Assembly: GCA_963813635.1 (NCBI GenBank) | Contig: CAWEZO010000002.1 | Span: 951,265-1,015,264, forward strand | DNA from: an uncultured Actinomycetes bacterium | GTDB taxonomy: Bacteria; Actinomycetota; Acidimicrobiia; IMCC26256; JBBRZM01 | Length of the DNA: 64,000 bases | Reading direction: 5' to 3' | In this document: positions 17,866 through 27,643 of the stretch, piece by piece | Numbering within the stretch: the first letter of the stretch is position 1 | How the letters are laid out: each line of letters opens with the position of its first letter | The notes under the pieces: generated by a model | The model's database searches: none | The model's input: only the letters and a program-made list of their open reading frames with translations | What the model was told of the DNA's origin: nothing | Program-made: the position numbers and the translations under genes

Positions 17866-19480
17866 ATGGCGCGTCATCCCGAATGGGTGATCGCGCGCTT
17901 CATCGCGCGGCGTGGATCGTTGCCGGCCGCGCTGTGGGGGGCGGTGTTCGGGATCGTCGTCTTCTCGTCGACGACGGGCTTCGTGACGGCGTACCCGACC
18001 GCGGCCGATCGGGCGCGTGTGCAGACGCTGCTCGGCGCGAATGCCGGCATCCAGGCTCTGCTCGGACCGGCACGGCACATCGACACGGTCGCCGGATTCA
18101 CCGCATGGCGCGCGGTCGGGCTCGTGATGCTCATGGGCGCGGTATGGGGGCTCCTCATCAGCACCCGTTTCTTTCGCGGCGAAGAAGAGGCCGGACGATG
18201 GGAGTTTCTCGTGGCCGGCCAGACGACGCGCCGTCGGGCCGCGGCACAAGCGGTGATTGGGCTCAGTGGTTGCCTGCTCCTGCAGCTCTGCGTGACCGCG
18301 ACGATCGTCGTGCTCGTCGGTTTCAGCGGCGACGCTCGATTCGGTGTCCGCGCATCGTTGTTCCTCGCCGTTGCGCTGGTCTCGTCGTCGGCAGTGTTCG
18401 CCTCGGTGGGTGCGGTCACGGCGCAGCTCGCGCCGACGCGCCGGCGTGCCGCGTCACTCGCGGCGGGTGCGTTCGGTGTCGCGTTCGTCCTGCGATTGGT
18501 TGGCACTGCGGTGACCGGCCTCCATTGGTTGCGTTGGGCGAGCCCCCTTGGTTGGATCGACGACCTCCACCCGCTCACGGGCTCGCAACCCGCGGCGCTC
18601 GTCCCGATCGTCGTCTTCGTGGCGGTGCTGCTGAGCCTCGCCGTGCTCCTTGCCGGCGGTCGTGACCTTGGTGCGAGCGTGCTCCCCGATCGCGACCGGG
18701 CGGTCGCGCATACGGCGCTGTTGCACGGTCACGTGGGTCTGGCGACTCGCCTGAGCCGCGGTGTCGCGTTGGGTTGGCTCGTCGGGATCGGCGCCATGGG
18801 CCTGATGCTCGGTCTGATCGCGAAGACCGCGTCGAAGTCGATCGCGGGTTCGGCCGCTCTCCGTCAGATCCTCGCCCGTTTGGGAGGTCATCGTCTGGGA
18901 GCCGAGGCCTACCTCGGATTCGCGTTCCTCATCGTCGCCACGCTCGTCGCGCTGGTTGCAGCCAACCAGGTGAACGCGACGCGTGAGGAGGAGGCCGACG
19001 GTCGTCTCGACAACTTGTTGGTCCGGCCGGTGCGACGCGCTCGCTGGCTCGTCGCCCGGATGGCTCTCGCGTTCCTGCTGATCGTGTCGTCGCGCGCTCG
19101 CTGCCGGGGCGCTGGCATGGGTTGGTGCCGCGAGCCAGCACAGCGGGCTTTCGTTCACGAGTCTCATCGAAGCGGGGCTCAACCTCGCCCCACCGGCGGT
19201 GCTGGTGCTCGGGATCGGCACCTTGGTGCATGGAGTGCACCCGCGTTTCACCGCGACCGCTGTCTACGGCGTGGTTGCGTGGTCGTTCCTGGTCGAGCTC
19301 GTCGGCGGTGCGGTCCGCCTCAATCACTGGCTGCTCGACACCTCGGTGCTCTTCCATATCAGGCCCGCGCCGGCGACCGATCCGGACGTGACGAGCGCGC
19401 TCGTGCTCGTGTCGCTCGGGGCGCTCGCGGCGATCATCGGGATGATCGCGTTCCAACGACGAGACGTCGTCACCGCATAG
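17866..19480 (+). pseudogene. ABC-2 type transporter permease (12-TM, fused double module), one frameshift
   Basis: Track ORF 17818..19521 is TM-rich up to ...AFLLIV. It then continues in the frame of ORF 19199..19480 (ALAAGALAWVGAASQHSGLSF...GIGTLVHGV...). There is an extra base near 19088. The start is assumed at ATG 17866. Confidence 0.7.
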
Positions 19481-19507
19481 CTGACGGGACCCGCTGGGCG
19501 GCCGCGC

Positions 19508-20182
19508 TCACTGCACGATAAAAGCGGTCACCATGCCGAACATCCCCTGGTCGGTCTCCGCGTGCGTGAGGATATGGCAGTGCCAGGCCCACACACCGGG
19601 CTCGGTCGCGTGCACGAGCACGGTGTAGCGCTCGCCCGGCGCGACCAGGATCGTGTCGGCTTGGTAGGGCGCCGGCAACGGATAGCCGTCCTTGGCGATG
19701 ACGAGCTGCGGCATCCCGTGCAGGTGCATCGGGTGGATCATCAGCCCTTCGTTGAAGTAGTGGACCTCGACCCAGTCGCCTGGCTTGGCGATGACCGGCG
19801 CGGTCGCGGGGAACGACTTGCCGTTGAGGGTCAGACCGATGACGCCGGCGTCGTTGAGCACCATCGGGAGCTCCTGCGACACGGTCACTCCCGCCGGCAA
19901 CGGCATCTCGCCGATGAGGAACGGCGCGAACAAGCCGTCGGGCACTTGATGCGAAGCGAAGTCGTGCGAGTGGTACATGCCGACTGCCGGTGATCTCGCG
20001 ACGAAGTCGTAGTTGAACGTCGCGTCCGGCTTCACCGGCGGCTGCGTGATGTCGGGTACGCCGTCCATCGCGTTGGGCAGCTCGATGCCGTGCAGGTGGA
20101 TGACGGTCGACTGGGGCAGCTTGTTCGTCAGCGCGATGCGCACCTTGTCGCCGACATCCACGTGGATCATCGGACCCGGCAC
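19508..20182 (-). CDS. two-cupredoxin-domain multicopper oxidase, apparently 5'-truncated
   Basis: 224 aa with all four Cu motifs: VIHLHG, MYHSH, HPMHLHG and HCHILTHAETDQGM. Only 29 residues precede the first HxH, and there is no signal peptide. The GTG start is 27 nt after the ACAD stop codon and in the same frame. Confidence 0.75.
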   Translation of the reverse strand: MPGPMIHVDVGDKVRIALTNKLPQSTVIHLHGIELPNAMDGVPDITQPPVKPDATFNYDFVARSPAVGMYHSHDFASHQVPDGLFAPFLIGEMPLPAGVTVSQELPMVLNDAGVIGLTLNGKSFPATAPVIAKPGDWVEVHYFNEGLMIHPMHLHGMPQLVIAKDGYPLPAPYQADTILVAPGERYTVLVHATEPGVWAWHCHILTHAETDQGMFGMVTAFIVQ

Positions 20183-20209
20183 CAGAGCTCGTCTGACCGG
20201 AGCCTCGAG

Positions 20210-21433
20210 CTACTGGATATGAATACCGGAGATCGCGCGGGCGACGACGAGACGCTGGATCTCTGACGTGCCTTCGAAGATCGTGTAGATCTTCGAGTCG
20301 CGGTGCCAGCGCTCGACGGGGTGCTCCCGGATGTAGCCGTAGCCACCGAGGATCTGCATCGCCTGCTCGGTCGCCCACACCGCGACCTCGCCGGCCTTCA
20401 GCTTCGACATCGAGCCTTCGCCGTTCTCGAACTTGTGACCGGTGGCTGCCATCCAGCACGCGCGCCACACGAGCAGACGCGCCGCGTCGATCTCGATCTT
20501 CATGTCGGCGAGCTTGAACGCGATCGACTGGTTCGCGATGATCGGCCGGCCGAACGCCTCTCGCTCCTTCGCGTACTCGAGCGAGTATTCGAATGCCGCG
20601 CGTGCGATGCCGAGGGCTTGCGCGCCGACGAGCGGACGGCTGGCTTCGAATGTGCTCATGGCCGCCTGCACCTTGCTGCTCTTGCCCTCGCGCGGACGCG
20701 CGAGACGGGCGTCGAGCTTCTCCTTGCCGCCGAGGAGACACGAGCCGGGCACATGTACATCGTCGAAGATCACTTCGGCGGTGTGGCTCGCGTGGATGCC
20801 GTGCTTCTTGAACTTCTGGCCCATCGAGAGGCCGGGCGTGTGCGGCGGAATCACAAAGCTCGCGTGCCCGCGCGCCTTGAGCTCGGGCTCGACCGCGGCA
20901 ACAACGACGTGCACATTGGGCACCTTGTCGATACCGCCGTTGGTGATCCACGTCTTGGTGCCGTTGATCACCCACTCGTCCTTGGCCTCGTCGTAGACGG
21001 CGCGCGTGCGCAAGGAGCTCACGTCGCTGCCGGCGTCGGGCTCGCTCACGGCGAACGCGGCCACGTGAATGTCGTCGGGCGTCCCGAAGCACTGCGGCAC
21101 CCACTCCTCGATCTGCTCGGGCGTGCCGTTGCCGACGATGCCCGACACACCGAGCACCGTGCCCATCAACGCGAGCGTGATGCCGGCGTCACCCCAGGCA
21201 AGCTCCTCGGTGACGAGCGGGAGCGTGAGGCCTGTGGGGTCCGCGAAGCATTGGGAGATGAACTCGAACGAGTACAGACCGATCTGCGCGGCTTCCTCGA
21301 TGATCGGCCAGGGCGTCTCTTCGCGCTCGTCCCATTCGTGCGCGGCCGGACGGATCGTCTTGTCCGCAAAGTCGTGCACCCACTTCTGAAGCTGCAGCTG
21401 ATCCTCGTTGAGTTCCAGCGAGAAATCGTTCAT
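20210..21433 (-). CDS. acyl-CoA dehydrogenase
   Basis: Start at ATG 21433 (MNDFSLELNEDQLQLQKWVHDFA...). Shows the ACAD N, middle and C-terminal patterns (...AFAVSEPDAGSD..., ...QILGGYGYIREHPVERWHRDSKIYTIFEGTSEIQ). Confidence 0.9.
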   Translation of the reverse strand: MNDFSLELNEDQLQLQKWVHDFADKTIRPAAHEWDEREETPWPIIEEAAQIGLYSFEFISQCFADPTGLTLPLVTEELAWGDAGITLALMGTVLGVSGIVGNGTPEQIEEWVPQCFGTPDDIHVAAFAVSEPDAGSDVSSLRTRAVYDEAKDEWVINGTKTWITNGGIDKVPNVHVVVAAVEPELKARGHASFVIPPHTPGLSMGQKFKKHGIHASHTAEVIFDDVHVPGSCLLGGKEKLDARLARPREGKSSKVQAAMSTFEASRPLVGAQALGIARAAFEYSLEYAKEREAFGRPIIANQSIAFKLADMKIEIDAARLLVWRACWMAATGHKFENGEGSMSKLKAGEVAVWATEQAMQILGGYGYIREHPVERWHRDSKIYTIFEGTSEIQRLVVARAISGIHIQ

Positions 21434-21639
21434 GGACGCGCTCCTTCGAACGGGGCCCCGGTGCGTCGAGCTACCACCAGGTAGGTTACCAGCCAGTAAC
21501 AGCATGGCCGCCTCTGCTCGCGAACACAAGCGATCTGGCCTCGTTGTCGGTCACAGCACGGCGGCAAAGACCTCGCAGATACACGTATTTCCTTCATTCT
21601 GGAGCGTCATCTGCACGGTCCTGGGTACTATTCCGGCGT

Positions 21640-22056
21640 ATGCGCGACTTTCGGATCCGTGAGGCAGCCGACCTCCTGAATGTCAGTCCCGACACCGCCC
21701 GGCGCTGGGCCGACTCCGGCAAGCTGCCGACTCGGCGCACTCCCGGCGGCCATCGAGTCGTCGACGGCGCCGACCTGGCCCGGTTCGCCACCGAACAGCA
21801 GACGGACGCACCGGATGAGAGTCCGATCGTCGGCCGCTCCGCCCGCAACCGGTTCGCCGGGATCGTCACCCGCGTCGTGCGTGACACGGTCGCAGCCCAG
21901 GTCGAGATCCAAGCCGGTCCGCATCGCGTCGTGTCGCTGATGACCCGAGAAGCGGCCGACGAGCTCGAGCTCGAGCCGGGGGTCATCGCGGTCGCGTCGG
22001 TGAAGTCCACAAGTGTCGTCATCGAAGTTCCCGACTCGCGCTCGAGGCCGGCATGA
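21640..22056 (+). CDS. MerR/excisionase-type HTH plus TOBE (molybdate-binding) domain regulator
   Basis: The N-terminal HTH is IREAADLLNVSPDTARRWADSGKLP. The C-terminal TOBE/Mop-like part is SARNRFAGIVTRVVRDTVAAQVEIQAGPHRVVSLMT...VKSTSVVIE. It overlaps the modA start and sits directly upstream of modABC. Confidence 0.75.
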   Translation: MRDFRIREAADLLNVSPDTARRWADSGKLPTRRTPGGHRVVDGADLARFATEQQTDAPDESPIVGRSARNRFAGIVTRVVRDTVAAQVEIQAGPHRVVSLMTREAADELELEPGVIAVASVKSTSVVIEVPDSRSRPA

Positions 22057-22857
22057 CACGAACCGCCGCCGTCCTTGCCGTTGTCCTCGCGTTGTCGAGC
22101 GCGCTCGTCGCCGGCGCGTGCGGAAGCGGCGGCGCGAAGTCGTCGGGCGCGACGTCGTCGACCCCGACCTCGGCACAGCTCAACGGCTCGATCACGGTGT
22201 TCGCGGCCTCGTCCCTCACCGACGCGTTCGCGAAGCTCGGTGCCGGCTTCCAGCGCGTGCACCCGGGACGAGCGTGAAGTTCAGCTTCGGCGCGTCGTCT
22301 GCGCTCGAAACCCAGATCGAGCAAGGGGCGCCGGCCGACGTGTTCGCCGCTGCGGACGCCGCCACCGGTCAAAAGCTCGCAGCTGCCGGCCAGGTAGCCG
22401 GCTCCCCCGCCACATTTGCCCGCAACCGGCTCGCGATCGCGGTCGAACCCGGGAACCCGAAGCACATCACCTCGTTGGCCGACCTCGCGAAACCCGGCGT
22501 CGTGCTCGTGCTCTGCGCCGACGCGGTGCCGTGCGGCAAGTTCGCCGCCCAAGCCTTGGCGAAGGCGAAGGTGAGCGTGAGCCCGGCATCGAAAGAGGAG
22601 AACGTCAAAGCGGTGCTGTCGAAGGTCACCCTCGGCGAGGCCGACGCCGGGATCGTGTACGTGACCGACGTCAAGAGCGCGGGCACCAAGGTGACTGGCG
22701 TGACAATTCCCGATTCGCAGAACGTGATCGGGACGTATCCGATCGGCGTCGTCAAGGGCACCGGCAACCGCGTCGGTGGCGGACGCGTTCCGTCGCCTAC
22801 GTCACGTCGGCCCCAGGGCTCCGGACGCTACGTAGCTTCGGATTCCTGCCACCTTGA
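22053..22857 (+). pseudogene. modA: molybdate ABC transporter substrate-binding lipoprotein, three frameshifts
   Basis: The lipobox is LVAGACGSG, followed by ITVFAASSLTDAF..., then ...SFGASSALETQIEQGAPADVFAAAD... and the C-terminus SVADAF/VAYVTSAPGLRTLRSFGFLPP. Frame changes are at ~22262 (one C missing), ~22770 and ~22790. Confidence 0.85.
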
Positions 22858-23665
22858 TGCAGACGGATCACCGCCCCGGCATCCGGCATCGTCCGCCGCC
22901 GAGAACGCTGCTGGTCCCGGCAGCCCTCGGGGTGTTGCTCTTCGTGCTCCCCCTCGTCGGCCTGTTGCAGCGCACACCGTGGTCGAGCCTCTTCGACGAG
23001 CTCGGCACGTCGTCGGCACGCACGGCACTGCGGCTCTCGCTCGTCTGCTCCATCTGCGCCACTGTCATCGCGCTGCGTGCTGGGCGTGCCACTCGCCTGG
23101 GTCCTCGCGCGGGTCGATTTCGCCGGCCGCCGCCTCGTGCGCGCGCTGGTGCTCCTCCCGATGGTCTTGCCGCCGGTCGTCGGCGGCGTCGCGCTGTTGC
23201 TCGCGTTCGGCCGCCGCGGCTTCGTCGGGCAGTGGCTCGATCAATGGTTCGGCATCCGGCTGCCGTTCACCACCGCCGGGGCGATACTCGCCGAGACGTT
23301 CGTCGCGATGCCGTTCCTCGTCATCACCGTCGAAGCGGCGCTGCGCGGGATGGACCGCCGCTACGAAGACGCGGCCGCGACACTCGGCGCGGGGCGGTTG
23401 GCGGTCTTCCGCCGCGTGACGCTCCCGCTGATCTGGCCGTCGCTCATCGCCGGCACCGCGTTGTGCTGGGCGAGGGCGCTGGGTGAGTTCGGCGCGACGA
23501 TCACCTTCGCGGGCAACTTGGAGGGCAAGACCCAGACCATGCCACTGGCCGTGTACCTCGCGCTCCAAGACCAGCCCGAGACCGCGATCGTGTCGAGCGT
23601 CGTGCTGCTGGTCGTCGCGCTCGACGGTGCTCGTCACGCTGCGCGAGCGATGGTGGCCCGCATGA
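22857..23665 (+). pseudogene. modB: molybdate ABC transporter permease, two frameshifts
   Basis: Contains the ModB/CysTW-type EAA loop (EAALRGMDRRYEDAAATLGAG). Frame changes are at ~23075 and ~23622 (extra G, restoring ...VVALTVLVTLRERWWPA-stop). The start ATG overlaps the modA stop (TGATG). Confidence 0.85.
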
Positions 23666-24721
23666 GTCTCCACGCCGAGCTGGGTGTGCGCCGGAACGGC
23701 TTCACGCTCGACGCGAACCTGGAAGCCGCCGCCGACGAGACGGTGGTGTTGCTCGGTCCCAACGGCGCGGGCAAGAGCACCGTGCTCGCGGCGATCGCCG
23801 GCACCGTCACCCTCACCGAGGGGCGCATCACGCTCGACGGTAAGACGTTCGACGACCCGGCGACGAAGACCTGGGTGCCACCGGAACAGCGTGCCGTCGG
23901 CATGCTGTTCCAGGACACGCTGCTGTTCCCACATCTCAGCGCCACCGACAATGTCGCGTTCGGGCTCCGCTGCCGTGGCGTTGCGCGCGCCGATGCCAGA
24001 CGTCGAGCGCACCAATCCTTGGAGCGAGTCGGCCTCGATGCGCACGGGCAGCAGGCCAAGCCGAGCGAGCTCTCCGGCGGTCAGGCGCAACGCGTTGCGC
24101 TGGCTCGGGCGCTTGGTCACTGCGCCGCGGGTGTTGCTGCTCGACGAGCCGTTGTCGGCACTCGATGCGACCACCCGGCGGGACTTGCGACGCGACCTCA
24201 GCCGGCACTTGGCCGTGTTCGCCGGTCCGCGCATCGTCGTCACCCATGACGCGCTGGAAGCGATGCTGCTGGCCGACCGGCTCGTCGTCCTCGAGGACGG
24301 CGTTGTGCGACAAGTCGGCACGCCGGCTGGGCTGCGCGCCCATCTGCGGACTCGCTACGTCGCCGACGTTGTCGGGATGAACCTGTTCCGCGGTCGCGCC
24401 GACCGCGGGCGGGTGGCGCTCGCGGGCGGCGGCGAGCTCATCATGGCGGCCACCGATCCGTCGGGCGAGGTGGTCGTCGTTGTGCCGCCGCGTGCGGTCG
24501 CGTTGCACCGCCGGCAACCCGAAGGCACACCGCGGAACGTCTGGCCCGGCACCATCGAGCACGTCGACGACGAGGGCGACCGCGTCCGTGTGCAGGTGAC
24601 CGGGCCCGTGCCACTCATTGCCGAGGTCACGGCCGCGGCGGTCGCGGAGCTCCGGCTCCACGACCGCGTGCCCGTGTGGGTGTCAGTGAAGGCGACCGAG
24701 ATCGACGTGTTCCCCGCCTGA
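23662..24721 (+). pseudogene. modC: molybdate ABC transporter ATP-binding protein with C-terminal TOBE domain, one frameshift
   Basis: Walker A is GPNGAGKST, the signature is LSGGQAQRVALARAL and Walker B is LLLDEPLSALD, reached after an extra G near 24114. The C-terminus is TOBE-like (...GDRVRVQVTGPVPLIAEVT...). The ATG overlaps the modB stop (ATGA). Confidence 0.85.
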
Positions 24722-24732
24722 GGCGGCGCGGG

Positions 24733-25359
24733 TCACGGCCCGCGGTTTGCCGTGATCGTGCTCGTGGCGTCGCCGCCCGGACCCTTCGCGGTCAGCAAGT
24801 AACTGTTTGACGCGTTGGAGCAGTCGAAGGGCACCGAATCGGAGCCGGTGCCGCCGGGGTAGGTCTTGAAGATTGCCGGGCCGTTGATCGACAGCGTGAC
24901 CGAGGTGGAGTTGGACGTCGTCCACGCCACGTTGATCATCTGAGTGCCGGTGTTGTTCGGGCAGTTGACGCTGTTCGGCACGGTGAACGAATTGATGATC
25001 GGCTTCGCCGGTTGCGCGGTCGTGCTCGTCGTGCTGCTCGAGGTCGTGCTCGGGACGGTGGTGCTGGTCGTAGACGACGTGGTCGTGCTGCTCGACGTGG
25101 TCGTGCTCTTGTCGCTTCCACTGTCATTGGTCACGAACGCGATCACGAGGCCGATGATCACGCCTGCGACGAGCACGCCACCGAGGATCCACCACAGCTT
25201 GCGATTCTTCGCACCGTCGTCGTCTTCGCCTTGGCCGTCCCCGGGACCACCGGGGGGGCCGCCGGCACCGGGGCCGCCGGGACCGACGGGCCGGGTGGGA
25301 CCGACGGGCCGGGTGGGTTCGTCGCCGGGCGTGTAGCTCTGCGTTACTTCGTCGGCCAC
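24733..25359 (-). CDS. single-pass membrane protein: Pro/Gly-rich N-terminus, TM helix, Ser/Thr-rich linker, C-terminal beta-rich (Ig-like) domain with 2 Cys
   Basis: 208 aa. GTG start follows GAGGAG. The TM helix is LWWILGGVLVAGVIIGLVIAFV. The linker is STTTSSSTTTSSTTSTT.... The C-terminal ~95 aa have an alternating beta pattern with a conserved-looking Cys pair. Confidence 0.6.
   Translation of the reverse strand: MADEVTQSYTPGDEPTRPVGPTRPVGPGGPGAGGPPGGPGDGQGEDDDGAKNRKLWWILGGVLVAGVIIGLVIAFVTNDSGSDKSTTTSSSTTTSSTTSTTVPSTTSSSTTSTTAQPAKPIINSFTVPNSVNCPNNTGTQMINVAWTTSNSTSVTLSINGPAIFKTYPGGTGSDSVPFDCSNASNSYLLTAKGPGGDATSTITANRGP
25281..25316. repeat. 18-bp in-frame tandem duplication (x2)
   Basis: gaccgacgggccgggtgg occurs twice, exactly (25281-25298 and 25299-25316). 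It encodes PTRPVG twice in the N-terminus of the 24733..25359 protein. Confidence 0.9.
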
Positions 25360-25479
25360 TGCTCACTCCTCGAGGATCGCGCCGGCGCATGCTCCGCATC
25401 ACGGAGGGCAGACCGGCGTGGGGTTGACAGCTTCTCCGAAATCACGCCTCGAGGGTGGGATCGGGCCTGGACGCGAAGC

Positions 25480-25508
25480 GGCGCCCGCCGTGTGCACCGG
25501 CGGGCGCC
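25480..25508 (-). terminator. candidate intrinsic terminator hairpin (perfect 11-bp GC stem, 7-nt loop)
   Basis: GGCGCCCGCCG tgtgcac CGGCGGGCGCC, 30 nt downstream of the stop of the 25538..26281 gene. It has no U-tract, which is common in high-GC actinobacteria. Confidence 0.45.
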
Positions 25509-25537
25509 ACTTGCATGGGCAACGACATGGAGGGGGC

Positions 25538-26281
25538 CTAGCCGTTGACTCCTTGCGCCGACCCGTGGTGCGCGTTGACGAGCTTCGTCACGCTCGCGGT
25601 CAGCTTCGATTTGAGGGTTGCGGCCCGACCGGCAGGGAGCTTGCCGTTGGTGACGGCCTGGTCGATCTTCGTGGTGGCCGTGTGGACGATCGCGTTGATG
25701 ACGGTCTGCGGTTCGACGCCCTTCGACGTCGCGACCTCGGCGACCGACTGGCCACCCTTCACCGCGGTACGCAGCGCCGGCGGCGATATGCCGATTGTGT
25801 CGGCCGCGATCTTTCCGCCTTGGTTGACCAGGTTGCGTCGGCGGCCGTGGCGCTCGGCCTTGCGGTACGCCTTGTTGAGGTGCGTGTTGTTGACGAGCTT
25901 CGTCGCTCGATCAGCGAGGTTCGCCTTGAGCTTCGCGGCCTTGTCGGCGGAGAGCTTGCCGTTGGTCACGGCCTTGTCGATCTTGGTGTTGGCTGCGTCG
26001 ACGAGCGCTTTCACGACGTCGGCTGGGTCGACGTTCTTCGACCTCGCGACATCGGCGACCGACTTGCCGCTCTTCAGGGCCGCTTTGAGGTCCGCGGTCG
26101 AGACGCCGATCTTGTCGGCTGCGATCTTGAGTGCCTGCGCCGCGAGCTTGTGCTTCAGCGTGGGGTGGGCCGAGGAGGTGGTGGAGCCGGATCCGGGGCC
26201 CGATCCTGCGGCGGATGCGACGCCCGCGCCACCGGCCACGAGCAGGCCTGCAGTGGTGAGAGCGACGAGGAACTTCTTCAT
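25538..26281 (-). CDS. secreted protein with two ~85-aa internal repeats (helical, Lys/Ala-rich)
   Basis: ATG 26281 follows GAGGAG. The signal peptide is MKKFLVALTTAGLLVAGGAGVASA. Repeat 1 is KIAADKIGVSTADLKAALKSGKSVADVARSKNVDPADVVKALVDAANTKIDKAVTNGKL.... Repeat 2 is KIAADTIGISPPALRTAVKGGQSVAEVATSKGVEPQTVINAIVHTATTKIDQAVTNGKL.... Confidence 0.7.
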   Translation of the reverse strand: MKKFLVALTTAGLLVAGGAGVASAAGSGPGSGSTTSSAHPTLKHKLAAQALKIAADKIGVSTADLKAALKSGKSVADVARSKNVDPADVVKALVDAANTKIDKAVTNGKLSADKAAKLKANLADRATKLVNNTHLNKAYRKAERHGRRRNLVNQGGKIAADTIGISPPALRTAVKGGQSVAEVATSKGVEPQTVINAIVHTATTKIDQAVTNGKLPAGRAATLKSKLTASVTKLVNAHHGSAQGVNG

Positions 26282-26440
26282 CTCGGGGGTCTCCTCAACG
26301 AGTGGATTGGTACCGCACATTCATCAGACACCCTGGATATGAGGGATCTGTGAAGCGGAGACGGGAATGTGGACAAGAAGGGTGGATCCCGTGGTTCCCT
26401 ATATGGCAGCAGGGCAGTTCGAGGTGCCCGCCGGGCTGTT

Positions 26441-27634
26441 TCAGCCCTTCTCGGCGCCCACGATGCCCACGAACGACACCATCTCGCCGGGGTACCCACC
26501 GAGGTTGTGGGTCAGGCCGAGCTTCTTGTTGGTCGTGTTGATGCGGCGGTCGGGCGGGGCCTCGCCCCGCAGCTGCAGCCAGCACTCGTACATCATGCGC
26601 AGCCCCGAGGCGCCGATCGGATGGCCGAAGCTCTTCAGGCCGCCGTCGGGGTTGACTGGAAGGTCGCCGTCGAGGTCGAAGGTGCCGGCCATCACCTCTT
26701 TCCACCCCATGCCGCGCTCCGCGAACCCGAGGTCCTCCACGAGGACGAGCTCGGTGGGTGTGAAGCAGTCGTGCACCTCTGCCAGCGCGATCTCGCGACG
26801 CGGGTCGGTCACGCCGGCCTGCTGGTACGCGTCTTCGCCGGCGCGCACGACTTCAGGGAAGGTCGTGTAGTCGTAGTCGGGATCGAGATTGCCGGAACCG
26901 GTACCGGCGACCATGGCGAGCGCCTTCACGTAGAGCGGCTTGTCGGTGTACTTGTGCGCGTCTTCGGCGCGCACCACGATCGCGGCCGCGGCGCCGTCGC
27001 CGATACCCGCGCAGTCGAAAACACCGAGCGGCCCCGCGATCGGCATCGCGTTCTTGATGACGTCCTTCGAGATCTCCTTCTGAAACTGCGCCCGCGGGTT
27101 GTGAGAGCCGTTCGAGTGGTTCTTCCACGCGATGCGCGTCAACACGTCTTTCAGCTCGTCGGGATCGACCCCGTATTTGTTCGCGTACGCCGGCACAATG
27201 AGGCTGAACATCGCCGCGGCCGTGAGGCTGCGCACGGTGCCGTCGTTGGGCGGTTGCGTCGCGGGCAGTCCCTGGTAGCCGGCGTCCTTCACTTTCTCGC
27301 CGCCGATGGCGACGGCCGTGTCGTACGCGCCGCTCGCGACCGCGTAACACGCGTTGCGCAACGCTTCGGAGCCGGTCGCGCAGAAGTTCTCGATGCGCGT
27401 GATGGGCCGGAAGTCGGTCTTGAGCGCGCGTGCGAGGGGCATGCCACTCATCGCGGAGCTGGCGACACCGAACCAGTACGCGTCGATGTCGGCCTTGGCG
27501 ATGCCGCTCGACGTGAACAGCTCCTCGGCGCAGTCGACGAGGAGGTCGTCGAGGTTCTTGTCCCAGTGCTCGGCGAACGGCGTGCACGCCATGCCGACGA
27601 TTGCGACCTTGTCCTTGATGCCGTGAGAAGCCAT
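26441..27634 (-). CDS. thiolase-fold lipid-transfer-protein type (SCP-x/Ltp-like) acetyl-CoA acyltransferase
   Basis: 397 aa with a thiolase-like pattern: VAIVGMACTPF, IENFCATGSEALRNA (nucleophile Cys), AEVHDCFT, NPDGGLKSFGHPIGASG. Confidence 0.85.
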   Translation of the reverse strand: MASHGIKDKVAIVGMACTPFAEHWDKNLDDLLVDCAEELFTSSGIAKADIDAYWFGVASSAMSGMPLARALKTDFRPITRIENFCATGSEALRNACYAVASGAYDTAVAIGGEKVKDAGYQGLPATQPPNDGTVRSLTAAAMFSLIVPAYANKYGVDPDELKDVLTRIAWKNHSNGSHNPRAQFQKEISKDVIKNAMPIAGPLGVFDCAGIGDGAAAAIVVRAEDAHKYTDKPLYVKALAMVAGTGSGNLDPDYDYTTFPEVVRAGEDAYQQAGVTDPRREIALAEVHDCFTPTELVLVEDLGFAERGMGWKEVMAGTFDLDGDLPVNPDGGLKSFGHPIGASGLRMMYECWLQLRGEAPPDRRINTTNKKLGLTHNLGGYPGEMVSFVGIVGAEKG

Positions 27635-27643
27635 GTCTCTCCC

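Noticed and set aside
21434-21639. Possible ModE-type operator or Moco riboswitch upstream of the HTH-TOBE regulator and modABC (strings GATACACGTAT and GTTAC-N6-GTAAC).
   Set aside because: Only 4-5 bp inverted arms are present, with no match to the longer ModE box or to Moco riboswitch conserved elements as I recall them. This is too weak to report as a feature.
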